A DNA stretch of 63,317 nucleotides, counting the filler, from Halocafeteria seosinensis (taxonomy: Eukaryota): assembly GCA_001687465.1 (NCBI GenBank). It is 5 parts of 5 records of this genome, joined end to end, with 100 filler letters (N's around TTAATTAATTAA, not from the genome) between each part and the next. Parts side by side here need not be neighbours in the genome. Positions count along the whole stretch, not along the records: positions 38,041 to 55,699 come from LVLI01000123.1; positions 55,800 to 60,788 come from LVLI01000126.1; positions 60,889 to 63,317 come from LVLI01000131.1; 2 more parts are not named here. One strand, 5' to 3'. Shown piece by piece: positions 49,995 to 63,230 of the stretch (position 1 is the first letter of the stretch; each line of letters opens with the position of its first letter). A program made the translations under genes and the position numbers. The notes under the pieces were generated by a model. That model made no database searches. It was not told the DNA's origin and saw only the letters and a program-made list of their open reading frames with translations.

Positions 49995-52140
49995 ATGGGA
50001 GAGAACCACAATACCCGCGAGAAGAAACGCCGGCGGAGAAGCATAGACCTCCAGAGCTCCATGCAAGATCCAGAGCAGTCAGCGAGAACTCTGTTTCATC
50101 AGATGTCCGCACCCGACCAAGAGAGGTTTATAGAAGATCTAATCAACCTTAAATACGGTTATGTGACGCTTCTTCGAGAGATGAAGAAACGGATGCCAAA
50201 ACTACCTGATGTTTCGGTACGCTGTGTGTGTGTGTGTGAAAGACTCTTTGCCTTCTGGTCTGTGAAAGATATGTCTCGATAGCACAGATCCACCTCCGGG
50301 ATGTTTGTCACGAGTTTAAACTCGCTCCAGAGAACGAGTCCCCTCAAAACTTTATTCATGCAGCGTACAATACCCTGAGATGGATATTCCCTCCAGTCTG
50401 GTGGTCGAGCGTGCGCTCCTGGTGGAAGCAGGAGGGCTATCACAAGTTCCGTAATCTGGACGATTGCTCTGCTACCTTTTCACCAGGAACGATGACGCTC
50501 ATGGTTGCCCCTCCAGGTATACAACTGTGCATTAATTTGACGATCGATTTAAAATGCTAGGCTATCGTATGGGTGCTTCTGCAGGGCACGGTAAATCGTC
50601 CCTCCTAAAGGCCATTGCTGGTCGGCTACCAGATTCTGAGCTTAGTGGAACGGTAAGCAATAGCCCGATCAATGTTTCAACTAGTAAACCGAGACATTAT
50701 GTATTATTTACGCTATCTTCGCCGAACAGATCAAGTATTCTGGTATGCGCAAGCATGAGCTTCCCGCGAGCCTGAATAAACTGGTTGGGTATGTGGATCA
50801 GCAAGATATCCACTACCCAAACCTGACCGTTCGAGAGACACTGGAATTTGCCTGCGAGTCGTGTGTGGTGGTATGTGTTGAATAACGCCGAGGTATTTGG
50901 ACTCTTGTGTAATAACCGTCTTCATCCAGCGGGAGCAAGGAACACACGAGCCATCGGTACAAGAAGTACTCCGGAGGCGCGTCGATACTTTGGTGAAACT
51001 GTTGTCATTGGAAGACTGCCAACATACACGCGTTGGAGACGAGACTTCACGTGGAATATCTGGTGGAGAAAAGCGCCGTCTTACTATTGGTGAAGTTTTA
51101 GTTGCGAGGGCACGCGTGCTACTTCTTGATGAGGTGAGCGCTACTCCCTGGAATTTTTGATTTCTGCATGATTGCTTTGATGTATGTCGTACAGGTTACC
51201 AATGGTTTAGATTCCAGTGTTGCGTACAAAGTAAGCGAAAGTGTCACGTTAGGGACGTCGCAGCTATATTCAACCTGTTTCCCCTACTGCAGCTATTGCG
51301 GTCAATACGGACTTGGTGTTCTACCATGGATGGAACGGTTGTTGCCTCAGTACTGACCCCGTCTCCCGAAGTAAGCTCTCGAGTCTGTAGTATTGCGTCA
51401 GTTTGTCTAGTGATTGGATGGTGTATTTCTCATACTACCATATGTGGTATAATATGCAGATTCTTGAGCTATTCGACAATTTGTTACTATTGCGCAATGG
51501 CAAAACTATCTTCCATGGGGATCGCCAGGCCGCTATTGAGTTTTTCCGGTCACACGGAATAGAGAAGCCAGACTCTCAAGGTACGCATTATGTACATACT
51601 ACTGCTTAAGCCGTATAGGAAAGAAAGAAGGATCAATAAGGTACAGATGAAGCCTCGTTTATAATGGAGGCCTTGTCAGACCCGGATCAAAAACTGGACA
51701 GACCGCGGACGCCACACGTCGCGGAAAATGAGAGACGAGAGCCCACGGAAATCCTCACACAGGTGACACCAACGGAGGAGTCTGCCGACGAGCGCTCCCC
51801 GTCTTCTATCAAGGAGCCACTGAAAAACGACTATACTTCTGCTCAATACGGAAGAAATTTCGCTCAAACCTGTCTGGAGCACACGCGTCTCTGTTTAAAT
51901 CGCCAAGCGAAGCTAGTGTTCCGTAACATCCCAGTAAGTGTCCGCCAGGTCGCTGTGAATCCAGGACCCGTACGGTTATTACTTCCGTGCCCCGTACAGT
52001 TCCTTGGGTTCAGGATTTTTCAGGCCTCATTCATTGGACTCTTGGTCGGTGTGTTCTTTTGGGACTTAGACGAAACCGACTTCCAGCTAAAGCTAGGAAT
52101 CATCCCTTACGGTGCCACGAGTTTGGCCTTTGTGGGTATG
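49995..52140 (+). CDS. ABCG/PDR-type transporter, N-terminal NBD and start of TMD; interrupted by repeat insertion
   Basis: Multi-exon. Walker A MTLMVAPPG|HGKSSLLKAIAGRL, YVDQQDIH.P.LTVRETLEFA, signature GISGGEKRRLTIGE, LLLDE|VTNGLDSS, LELFDNLLLLRNGKTIFHG and first TM helices. The remainder is absent from the window. Confidence 0.88.
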
Positions 52141-52186
52141 GTAAGTACCGGTACCATCATTACGCATCTCTTCCTTGCTTTGTGTA

Positions 52187-55100
52187 CAGTATCCCCTAGA
52201 ATTTTTTTTTTTTTTTTCACTCCCTTTGCCTCGTTTAGGGGATTTTTCAAATTTCGGGCAGAAAAGGGTACAAAAAATAGAAAAATCCCTGTATCTTGCT
52301 TCATACTTAAAATGAGATCATATAAGTACATGATTTGGAATCAGCGTAAAATTACGCATCTGATGGTATATAATACGGTATTATTGGAGGGGAGAAAATG
52401 TGCATGTTTCTGGGGCTAAGTCGTATCTCCGCTTCTGTAACTCTTGGTCACCTGGAGCATTCCTTCGAGAGGAATTGAGCCTCACATTGGGCCACTATGA
52501 CGCCACATGCAACGCTGTACAACGGTATAATGTTGGTGAATATTTATTCCTCTTCAATATTTAGCATGAATCCTATTTAGCAACGGTACCGGTATTCTTA
52601 TTTCGTTACGCTCGATATTTTTCTCAAACCAACCATGGTGAACGATTGACGGCGGGATGGGGTGTAACATGAATAGACCGAATACCGGAAGGATAAAACA
52701 ATTGGTTGCGACCGCAAAATTTGTGCATTCAAACGTAAACCTCACAGTACCTTCTTCCTGGGAAATGTACACTGCTGCCCACATGCGCCACGGATCAAGC
52801 CATCAATCACTCATCAATGACTCTTAGAATCCTCACAGTCCCGTATTAAGCTGGATTCAGCCCCGCACTGAGTCTAGGAGCGCTTATTTGTTCGTCCAGA
52901 GCGCCATGTCCACATCGGTCCCTGCAGAGCATGAAGGTAAGCCGCCACTACCCGTAGCGATTCTGCAGTGTCAGGTCCCTCGACGACAATGTCCATCCTT
53001 CCAGTCGGGTCTGTTGAGTGTGCTCTATGTGGCTGCGAGACGTTCGATTCAGTTACAGTGGCTGCAGTGCCCATCCTTGCAAGGAGATAGACCGTGCGCG
53101 AGCATTTACTAACGCTCAAGTCAAACATCGTCGAACTTTACAGCCGCACCACTGAATGACCATTCTATGCGTCGTTTGGTCCTGCACCCTGTTTAGACCG
53201 CAGGTACATGGGTCCAAAAGACCGGTGAGCCCGTTTTCGTTGGACCCTAGGGTATGTAGTTATCAAGATATTGTATCCCTGCAGTAGTACGACCGCTCAT
53301 GCCACACCGGCTGTTGCAGTGTTGTAACTCCTTACCTCCTTGCAGGCCATTAAGTGCTTGTCATGGTCAACCAGAAACATTTGTCATGGCATGCGAAACC
53401 AGAATACCCATGTTTCATGACCGAATACTCCACTAGTCCGCAAACGCTGCAACGACGAATGGTGTATCCTCATTCCTGGATTGAGGCAGATTGTCATTCC
53501 ACCCTTATGAAACACGAAAATCATCAGATTAATTACTCACGGGTGTACAGGGTCGATTAGGACGACTAGGACTAAGGTTTGCATGTCATGTGCACCCTGT
53601 GGGAATCCCATGCACCAACAGAAGCATTGAGTGTGCATTGTTTCACGCACCTCCCAGGTGCGTTATGCTGTCTTCGAGCTCCTTGATAGCCTTCTCAACG
53701 ATATCCTTACCTGTACTTGTCTCGACACACATCAATCTTACCATAAATCACTCATCGCATAGTGGCGAAGCCGCATATAGGATAAGGACTGTGATTCCTG
53801 GGGAAGTGTGAACATAGCATAGGTATCGTAACGCTCTCTTGCGGACGTCTCCAATATTAGTCGACCAAGCAGAAACCAATTGTGCAATCGCAGAACTTAA
53901 AGCATTCATAAATTGGCGTTTGCGCGTCTCAATAGATTGCTGTGGGCTTCCAAATGTTCAGAGACACGGCGGCGGCAATCCCTTCCAAGGTCTGAAGTTC
54001 CATTTTCCACGTATTTTCGTATGCTTCATGTCCTACAATCTATCGATACAGTCCACTTGTTCATACGGAGACCATACACAATAATGGTAGTCACAAAGAT
54101 ACCTGAGAGATATATAATGATAGGTTTTCAGTGACCGCTAGGTGAGCTTCACAGCTTTCGTCAGTACAACAGAAACAGCACGATTGGAAAGAATGAGAAG
54201 TTCCCAATCTTGACGTAATTGAGGTGGACGTATGGATCTATCCGAATGGATACGATCTCCGACTCGATTAGGTATAGGCTGCGCACCTAAGTTTGTTGTG
54301 ACGGATTCAGAATTCTAGGGCGCCACTTCAATCTGTTCAATGGTTCGACCCCGTCCACCGCAATGTTATTAGTTAAAAAATTAACCCCCTATGATTCCTT
54401 CGCATATGGTTGGACCTTCACGTATGTATCTGCGCCAGAAAACTCGATGTAACTATGGTCAGTTTGCATCTACACTCCTTAATGCATTCTCAATGATCTG
54501 TTTCCAAGACGTCTACATCAGGATGTACAGTTTTGCCCAAGTACAAGTACTATGAACAAAGTATTGAGTTCTGTATGAAATCCTTTTACAAAGAGATCAA
54601 ATACCTTTATACTAACAAATATAAATCAGAAAATGACGTTCTAATTTCTCAGTTTATTCCCACTAGTGTTGCTGAGGACTTCTAGCGTACCCAAAGACAG
54701 CCTAACCTCTGGTTCCACACACCTGATCAACTATTATGAACAAAGTATTGAGTTCTGTATGAAATCCTTTTACAAAGAGATCAAATACCTTTATACTAAC
54801 AAATATAAATCAGAAAATGACGTTCTCATTTCTCAGTTTATTCCCACTAGTGTTGCTGAGGACTTCTAGCGTACCCAAAGACAGCCTGACCTCGGTTCCA
54901 CACACCTGATCAACTATTATGAACAAAGTATTGAGTTCTGTATGAAATCCTTTTACAAAGAGATCAACTACCTTTATACTAACAAATATAAACAAGAAAA
55001 TGACGTTCTCATTTCTCAGTTTATTCCCACTAGTATTGCTGAGGACCTCTAGCGTACCCAAAGACAGCCTGACCTCGGTTCCACACACCTGATCAACTAT

Positions 55101-55699
55101 TATGAACAAAGTATTGAGTTCTGTATGAAATCCTTTTACAAAGAGATCAAATACCTTTATACTAACAAATATAAATCAGAAAATGACGTCCTCATTTCTC
55201 AGTTTATTCCCACTAGTGTTGCTGAGGACTTCTAGCGTACCCAAAGACAGCCTGACCTCGGTTCCACACACCTGATCAACTATTATGAACAAAGTATTGA
55301 GTTCTGTATGAAATCCTTTTACAAAGAGATCAACTACCTTTATACTAACAAATATAAATCAGAAAATGACGTTCTCATTTCTCAGTTTATTCCCACTAGT
55401 GTTGCTGAGACTTCTAGCGTACCCAAAGACAGTCCGACCTCGGTTCCACACACCTGACCAAGTACTATGAACAAAGTATTGAGTTCTGTATGAAATCCTT
55501 TTACAAAGAGATCAACTACCTTTATACTAACAAATATAAATCAGAAAATGACGTTCTCATATCTCAGTTTACTCCACTGGAACCCAGTGTCCCGCAGCAA
55601 GACTCAAGCCTGACTGAAACACTGGACTGGCGCATACGAGTACAGTGTGCTAAAAGCGGAGGGAACATGGTTGAATCATGAGATCTCTATACACTGAAG
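52187..55699 (+). mobile_element. Long dispersed repeat copy 2 with probable left terminus (TA|CAGTATCCCCTAGAA-T16)
   Basis: Matches 28810-31590 from 52224 on. It begins in the ABC-gene intron that opens at 52141 and ends at a contig gap. The terminus position is inferred. Confidence 0.8.
54540..55575 (+). repeat. 182-184 bp tandem array, ~5.6 units
   Basis: tatgaacaaagtattgag at 54551, 54735, 54918, 55101, 55284 and 55466. Confidence 0.95.
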
Positions 55700-55799
55700 N
55701 NNNNNNNNNNNNNNNNNNNNNNNNNNNNNNNNNNNNNNNNNNNTTAATTAATTAANNNNNNNNNNNNNNNNNNNNNNNNNNNNNNNNNNNNNNNNNNNN
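55700..55799. other. Assembly gap with stop linker
   Basis: N/TTAATTAATTAA/N block. Confidence 0.97.
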
Positions 55800-56841
55800 C
55801 CTATAGTGAATGCCTCCTATAGTATCGCAAATGCCGTGTTTATAAGGAAATCAAAGGTATATCTATATGCTATTCGGTAAGGGGAATCTAATGATGTATG
55901 CCGATTTTTGGATAAACGCTTTAATGAGGAGGAAGATCAGTCTAAAGTCCTCCCGAAAGATTGTTCGAATGGAGGTACTTCGTGCAATTTTGTAGTGGGT
56001 AAAGAACTCTACTAGAGCATGTATTAGCCCATCTATGGCCTCGAATGTACTGATCGTATGTTCGATGAAGGAGTTTCGCCCCTGTTGTCATTCTGGATGA
56101 GGCTGTGAGGGCAATATGGTTCCATATCTGCCACAGAATGCGAGGAGCGTGTAGTGACAGAAACAGGAGCTGTTTAATGCGTTCTGATGTTCTACGTCCT
56201 GGCTTTCTGTGGAATCTTATTCATGTGGATTCACTCATTGGTAGGCGGCCTAAGGGATGAGGAAATTTGGCTGTTGGATGGGTAATGGCGAGTGGAATTG
56301 GAAGAAACGGGTGTACCAGACGGTACTTGTTGAGATATATAAGCGACTAATGCCCCGACGGAAGATATTATCGGGACGTGTTTCTGCATGAATTACAGCA
56401 GCAGATAATGGCCATCTTTGCTACCTTTGCGGCTTATGAGTTGGAGACCACTATGGCTCCCCGATGCCTTGAAGAAGAGATTCTCTGGACAACGTGGACG
56501 AGCTAGGAAGATAAGGGATCGATCAATGGGATTGTTATTGGGGTTGCTTCGGTTACCTTTGATATTCTATTCCATATAGCTTGATGCTATTATGCACTTC
56601 AATTTCCCAGAGGAACGTGGAACGACCTGTGTAGCCCCTGCTGGGAAGTGTCTAGTAAGTGCCAAGTCTTTCGACGTATGCATTATGGCATAGTTACTGT
56701 GTTGACCGAACCACCATGATTCATAATTATTAAAGTAGATGTTCTTGGCGTACACAAGCGTGTTTTAACGTCTGTGGCTACTGTCTCCTCTGAAAAGCCT
56801 ACCAAGGTATGTGCCCCAGACTCCAAATGTGATGGTACATT

Positions 56842-57438
56842 ATAGTTAGTAAGTACCTAAGTTTCATTACTAGGGTAAATTTATTTAGTGAATAACATAT
56901 TGAGCATCAATTGTCCTCGAAATCGATTTCTATAAATCTCACTTCCTCCAGCTCGGTCGCTCAACCGTGCTTCCAGAGCTGAAGTGCTCCAGACGCACAA
57001 ATCTAAAATGGGGTAGATGATAGTTAGGAAGTACCTAAGTTTCATTACTAGGGTAAATTTATCTAGTGAATAACATATTGAGCATCAATTGTCCTCGAAA
57101 TCGATTTTTATAAATCTCGTTTCCTCCAGCTCGGTCGCTCAACCGTGCTCACACACACACAAATGTGGTGCTTCCAGAGCTGAAGTGCTCCAGATGTACA
57201 AATCTAAAATGGCGTAGATGATAGTTAGGAAGCACCTAAGTTTCATTACTAGGGTAAATGTATCTAGTGAATAACATATTGAGCATCCATTGTCCTCGAA
57301 ATCGATTTTTATAAATCTCGCTTCCTCCAGCTCGGTCGCTCAACCGTGTGCTTCCAGAGCTGAAGTGCTCCAGATGTACAAATCTAAAATGGCGTAGATG
57401 ATAGTTAGGAAGTACCTAAGTTCCATTACTAGGGTAAT
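56842..57438 (+). repeat. ~178-201 bp tandem array, ~3.2 units, no visible similarity to the 183-bp array
   Basis: atagttag.aag.acctaagtt at 56842, 57020, 57221 and 57401. The second unit carries a (CA)n-containing insertion. Confidence 0.93.
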
Positions 57439-59905
57439 TCTGACTTCGAAATAGCATGCAAGTATCTTGTTGTTCTACGGTCCGTCCTCGAGTTCAGTTT
57501 CAGATACCGGGAACCTCGCCGACTACAGTGTCACTTGTCCTTGTTCTGCTTAAACTGAGACAAGATTATGCAAGCATGCACGCATACGAATGCTGTAGCT
57601 TAACGTTATGTTAAAACAGCTGTGCAGACAGTCAAGCGATCACGTTTTTCCACTGGATAAGGGCATACCAGGAGATACTGATGCGTCATTTGCGGACGAC
57701 TCTGACTCCTGGTTTGCATGTACTGACTTTCGACTTCGAAGCATACTCACAAGTTTATATAGGCATTCTTCTCAGTTCTCTTTTGACAGAAACGCGCTAT
57801 AAATGCAAGCATCGTACAGCTTAAAGTGTATGCGCCAGCATAAAGCAAGATCAATCTCCAAAACCCCAGAAACTCCCAGCCACGAATAGGATTCCATTCG
57901 TGGGAATGATCGAGTGCTAGTGCTACCACGCAAACGTGACTTTCTTAGCTTAATGTTACGTTCATATGCGTATTGAACAATGTAATCTCTTCCTCAAGCG
58001 ACATGCTGAAGACGATTCTGCGTACTCTACCTGGTTACACCGACAATAAGTGTAATGTCCTTTACGTACCCCACAACTATCTGGTTTGATTCAGCGACTT
58101 ATCCGTCCAATACACACAGGATCATACACTATATACTGGACTTTGATCTTTGGACAACAACCGGTGTATATTATGGAGAACACGCTACACGTTAAGAAGT
58201 GGTAAAGACAAGCCAGTGTTCTCTATTGGCCCACCGGTCTGCGATGCTCTGAGACCCTGCAGATCTTTGAAGAGCGTTAGAGCACCATGTATGAACTCCT
58301 TCCAGCTTGCATTCATGTATCAGACTATCGCTATCTGGTGGCCTCTGTGACCTCCATGGAATTCGAGCTGTATCGGTCCACGTAACGGACGGCTTATGAA
58401 TTTAAAACGTTTCGTACACTTCCCATCCATACAAATGTATTAATCGGCACTTACCCGGGATACTAAGCAATGCATACAATAGTACTGGATTTCTCTTCCC
58501 CTCAATAATTCCACCATAGGGGAGAGTGCTACCATCAGTGCAGTTTCTGTATCTGTTACGGGCAGAGTTCCCCCTTAAAGCAAGTAAAGCCTAGTACGGC
58601 CCACGGACCACTACGGCAAGCTAAAACGAATGGCTGAGAAGATTTTCTTACCTTTGGAATTGAGCACGGTCTGTTTGCGTCCCCAAAGTTTAGCAATGAA
58701 CAATGTTGATGTAGGATTCTTCAGAAACAAACAGTGTCACAAAGCGCCCAATGACAGATGATTCTTGCCCATCGGCAGACCGGTTCTTCGTTGGATGGCA
58801 TATTAGTCGCGGTAAAATTCCCATCAATTACTCATCTGAACGCATAGTCCCGGGTGGTATTTCACTCTACCCATCTACGGCAGCTAGTCCTTCACCGATT
58901 CTGCTTCCTGCTGCATCTACGGACGTACATGTATGATACAACAGTTGTACAACGCTGCCAATTGTTGGATATACTACTATACTTGAATAACTCCAATAGT
59001 TGTCAATACAGCTGTACACATTGGTTGCATTCGTTGTGAGTTGAGACTAGATGCTCTTTGGCGGACTCAACATGTCTCAATCTCACGTGTCTGAAGTTCA
59101 GTGGGGCTTCCAGTTCCACTGAGCTGGCGGAAGTTCGCCGCGGAACCAACACGACTTCCAGACTCTTAAATTGACCCAATTGGCATCAGCCTTCTGAAGT
59201 GTATCATCTTTCCGTGCCACGTATTTGATCCCTATTCAATCCTTTTCGATGCACTTGATTGTTTTGTCGGCGAGTACGGTCTCAATGCACCGTTGGTAGT
59301 CACCAGTGACTGGTAGCAGTTTGCTACCGCGCTTGTGAAGCAACAATTCCTGTGGACCAGAAGGAACCAGCAAAAGAGGCGACACAGTTAAGCAATAACA
59401 TATAAAAGCTTATCTATGCAACTTGTTAAAGCGATTCTTCCACCTGTAGACTGATACCGACTATTGCTTGATTCATCTGCATGGTTCGCGAATGGTTCAC
59501 ACGCCACGCTTCCACTTGCATCCGGCACCTACAATGGGTTACTACCAATATATGACTGCCTAGACTTTGTAAACGGTCATCGGTTTGTACATGCATCGTA
59601 TGACACTCATTCTTTGGTAATGTATTACGCGTAATACAGCATTGCGCCTTAGAAGACTATGACTAGAAGTATTCATCATTGTGAAGCTGTATTTCGCATT
59701 CAAATTGCGGAAGCATACAGGAAGCAACTACTGTACCACGTTACACAGGTCACTCTATATGTTTTGTTGACTACAAGCAACATTAGATCTAAAACAAGTC
59801 GCCGAGTTCCATAAGCGCTCTGGTCTGATTCCATACGCTTGCGTTCTACCTCGCAATAAAGTGAAGAAGGCGCGTTGCTGGTTTAACTGCACGAACTCAA
59901 AGAAG

Positions 59906-60788
59906 ATGAACGACGAAGAGTATGCTTCTCTCGTCCAAATCCTAAAGGAATCAGGGGACCACGAAGAACTCCCTATACCTCTGCGTCGATTCTACAAGCC
60001 AGGAAGGAACGGAAAATGGCGGGTGGGTCCGCTTGCTTCCTACAGCATAGGTCAGTACCGTGAAAAAATGCCCAGCAGAGTAGTGGATAATATACATGTT
60101 ACTGTGTGTTTCAAACCTCTCTTCAGATGTCAATGACAAGATATTCAAAGGAAAACTAATGTTGCTGCCTATGAGCCAATGGGATGGTGCAATCAGAGAA
60201 GCCGCAACTTCCTGTGCCAGTGCGACGACCATAATTCGGAGATTGAGAACTAGTAGGTGGTGACAGGTTACAATACTTGCTTAACTTGTATACAACGTAC
60301 ATCCTGAGCAGACCATCGTCTTTGCGTCGATACCCTCGGCCCTGGTATTACGAAGGCTTTCGTTTGTCGATGGACAGCCGAACAGGAACATAGCTTTGGT
60401 GATGTGGCAAATACTACCAGTAGGGAAGCGCAGCAGGACGATCTCGTTTCCCACGACACCAGGGAGGACAACTCTGACGATGGACTGAGCCCGGACCAAA
60501 GAATACACACAGAGAATCCAGAGGAAGTTAGCATCCATGAGCACGCCTCACGTCTGAAATACGATGAAGACATGCTGGCCACTAAAGTGGCTATCGCAGA
60601 ACGAGTGAACGAGTACGGGATTGATCATGGATGCGAACTGAGACGGCACAGTGTGGAAGTCCGTAAGTAATGTGGCCAGTTGACAGTACGACTTTGGAAA
60701 AGAACATCCAGCGGCTTCCCATACGTCCACTCAGGTACAAATGGAACCCTTGTGGGTTACTATAGGTGCCATCTCGCGCACACTAATT
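59906..60788 (+). pseudogene. Decayed N-terminus of a transposase-like gene related to the 33.4-34.0 kb segment
   Basis: NDEEYASLVQIL...SQWDGAIRE and GTNGTLVGYYRCHL resemble NNEEYRR...ERWEGLLD and GHNGQGDLVAMYTCHL. An intron lies at ~60051-60126, and the gene is cut by a gap. Confidence 0.45.
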
Positions 60789-60888
60789 NNNNNNNNNNNN
60801 NNNNNNNNNNNNNNNNNNNNNNNNNNNNNNNNTTAATTAATTAANNNNNNNNNNNNNNNNNNNNNNNNNNNNNNNNNNNNNNNNNNNN
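60789..60888. other. Assembly gap with stop linker
   Basis: N/TTAATTAATTAA/N block. Confidence 0.97.
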
Positions 60889-60890
60889 GG

Positions 60891-61224
60891 TCTCCGCAGA
60901 GATTTAATAGTTATCCAGCAAAGGGAAATATGGGGGTAGGGAGGTGGGCAGTGAAATATGGCCTTCACAAATTCTCAGGAAACCTGTATACACGCTCCTT
61001 GAGGAATCCAAAGCACTTCTACAACATCGCCCAAGCGATTCCTTTAAGCTAACTGTGTCATTACCCTCAGTTTTGATTGAACTAACCCATGAAGGCCTCG
61101 AGGACACTATGATTATGTCGACGGAAAGATTGTCGCTTCTGGTCTCTCACAATTCAAAACGTGGCGGCATTTGAAGCCTCGTGTCGGAAAATTCAGTGTC
61201 AAGAACAGTACCTTGGGAGCTTGA
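60891..61224 (+). CDS. Possible 3' end of an unidentified spliced gene
   Basis: GNMGVGRWAVKYGLHKFSGN|LPRGHYDYVDGKIVASGLSQFKTW...* joins across a plausible GT..AG intron (~60986-61094). No family recognised. Confidence 0.3.
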
Positions 61225-61504
61225 TAGCCGAGACAAGAGGCGAAAAGGAGAAGAAACTATAATGGGACGACGATGCTGAAAAAGCGGTCGATGACAGCGA
61301 GCAATTAAGACATACGGTTAAGACATACGGTGTAATACCAATATATATAGTCGCCATACATCTCTTATATTTTCCACGATTTGTGTTGTGCTGGATCTAC
61401 TTTATTTTAAAAGAGACATGATGTCTTCGTTTCCAACTTCACTTCCCCCTATTATCTCCTCGTGTTCTTTTACCCAACCACGAACGATACTTCTTGATGA
61501 GTAG

Positions 61505-61890
61505 TCACTGATGATACCCTCCTTGCTGTTCCAATTGGCAGTCTATCTGGTCATTCTCTTCCAAGTCCAGGGAAGCAGGTGTCTCGTTCCCATCGACACG
61601 CGTCCCGTCTAACATAAAACGAATGGCATCCTTACTCATCCCCTTACGTGTAGCAAAAGCTTCCAGCACTTTGGACATTTTCGTCGTTTTTTTCACTTTA
61701 AATGTGGTTTCATCACCATTCTGCAGTTATTCCACAGGTTCCCCCCATTGCATACGGCTCTATGCATGCCAAAAATTGGAGATGTACATACATTATCTTT
61801 AACACGAAATGAGATTGTCTCTGATTGGGTGTTGTTTCCACCAGTCTCCTGGGAGACATCCGGTTTAGTTTCTTCCTTTGTACCCGACAT
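61505..61890 (-). CDS. SMT3: SUMO (small ubiquitin-like modifier), 2 exons
   Basis: Exons 61890-61792 and 61720-61505: ISFRVKDN|NGDETTFKVKKTTKMSKV..AFA.RKG....IRF.LDG.RV..NETP..LDLEENDQID..LEQQGG with a YHQ propeptide. Confidence 0.93.
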
Positions 61891-62984
61891 GAAGGCTTCT
61901 ATCTGCAATATACCAAAGAAACATCAATAAACTATAGTCTCATGGGTAGGAAAAGGGGAAATATGGGCATGAATGCAATGAAAAAGACGCTGTTAAATAG
62001 CCGTCTCTGCTTGCTCTAGTGGAAGTTTTACCTACCAAATTAGGAGTTTTCAGCGATTTCTGTCTCTAGATTGAGCGCCTCTCAAACAGTAAGGATTTAT
62101 TCCACCTGACTATGAATGCCAACCAACGCAATCCGACTTGAAATGAGCCTAAAATGCAGCGTTGAGCTTTTTCTCACTTTGAACAACAAGTCCAATAAAT
62201 GTTTGTTGGGTAGTAGACGGGAGGAATCAATGATACATCCTGTTGGTATCTTCGAAGCGAAGAGTCCTGAACCGATTCATCGCCTTGTTTGCGATGTTTT
62301 ACCATCAATTCCGCTGACACTTTGCCAGTTCCTTGGTATGGTATCAGTTTCAGGCTGGGGGTCTCATGTGACTAATAATCACTTACAAGTGTGATACTGT
62401 ATCATCAATACATGTACGGCAGTCTTTCTTCCGCAACAAGGATCTCACGAACACCAAGTGATCCAAGGGCGAGCAAAACTTTCAAGGAACCCGGTCTCTT
62501 CTAGCAAACAAGAATATCTGTGTGTAGTGTATGAAATACTGAGGTGAATCCGAAATTACCTCGTAAAGTGATATTGATAATACGTTGCGTACAGGCAGCG
62601 ATAGAATGGGACTAAGGCACCATCATACAATTTTATCTACCAAACGCGACGCTATTTTCATCATGCTTGTTGGGTCGAATACGCTTTTCTCTTATTGGGA
62701 GAATCGGCATGGTCATGAGTTACTTAATACCCACAGGGTACAACAATAAAAAAGTAAGCCCCCTTCAGTATTTAAATGGCGACATTCGATATACACAATT
62801 CAGGAGTATCCTCTCTTCCATATCCTTTACCCGTGTGGCCAATTGAGCCATCGAGTTGTCCTCAAACGCTTGATTGTAGGCAACCTAAATACAACATAAT
62901 CTCTACTGAGAATATCAAAGTGGGATGAATGCAGTGGCCATAAACTTTGTATTTTCGCATCATTGCCATTTATTTCCGAATTCG

Positions 62985-63230
62985 TTACACTTCCTCACTT
63001 GCACAAAGTCTGTGATGCCACTCTCCGAAGTCGTCTCTCCACAGATCAACTGTTGGCCAGTAGTTCAAATCCGTTTTCATCGTATAGACTTTCTCTTTTC
63101 CCTTAAGGTCAGTGCCACGGATTCGGACATTACTATGGTGCCCTATGGGCTTGACTATTTCCAACAGACGGTCAAGGGTATCTACTGTTTGCCCGTTGAT
63201 TTCGGTCAGCCAGATAGTGGCTCTCATCCC
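62985..63230 (-). CDS. C-terminal exon of Nma111/DegP7-like PDZ serine protease (partial)
   Basis: WLTEINGQTVDTLD.LLE.VK.I.H...VRIR..DL.GK..V.TMKTDLNYWPT is the characteristic Nma111/DEGP7 C-terminal PDZ segment. The gene continues beyond the window. Confidence 0.8.
   Translation of the reverse strand, partial: GMRATIWLTEINGQTVDTLDRLLEIVKPIGHHSNVRIRGTDLKGKEKVYTMKTDLNYWPTVDLWRDDFGEWHHRLCASEEV

Noticed and set aside
54666..55681. Short ORFs in the 183-bp arrays (also 31155-31572)
   Set aside because: Unit lengths of 182-184 bp break frame and stops differ between units.
61505..61890. Functional linkage between the SUMO gene and the Ulp1-like TE remnant
   Set aside because: They are on different contigs separated by linkers, and SUMO is an ordinary host gene, so proximity is likely coincidental.
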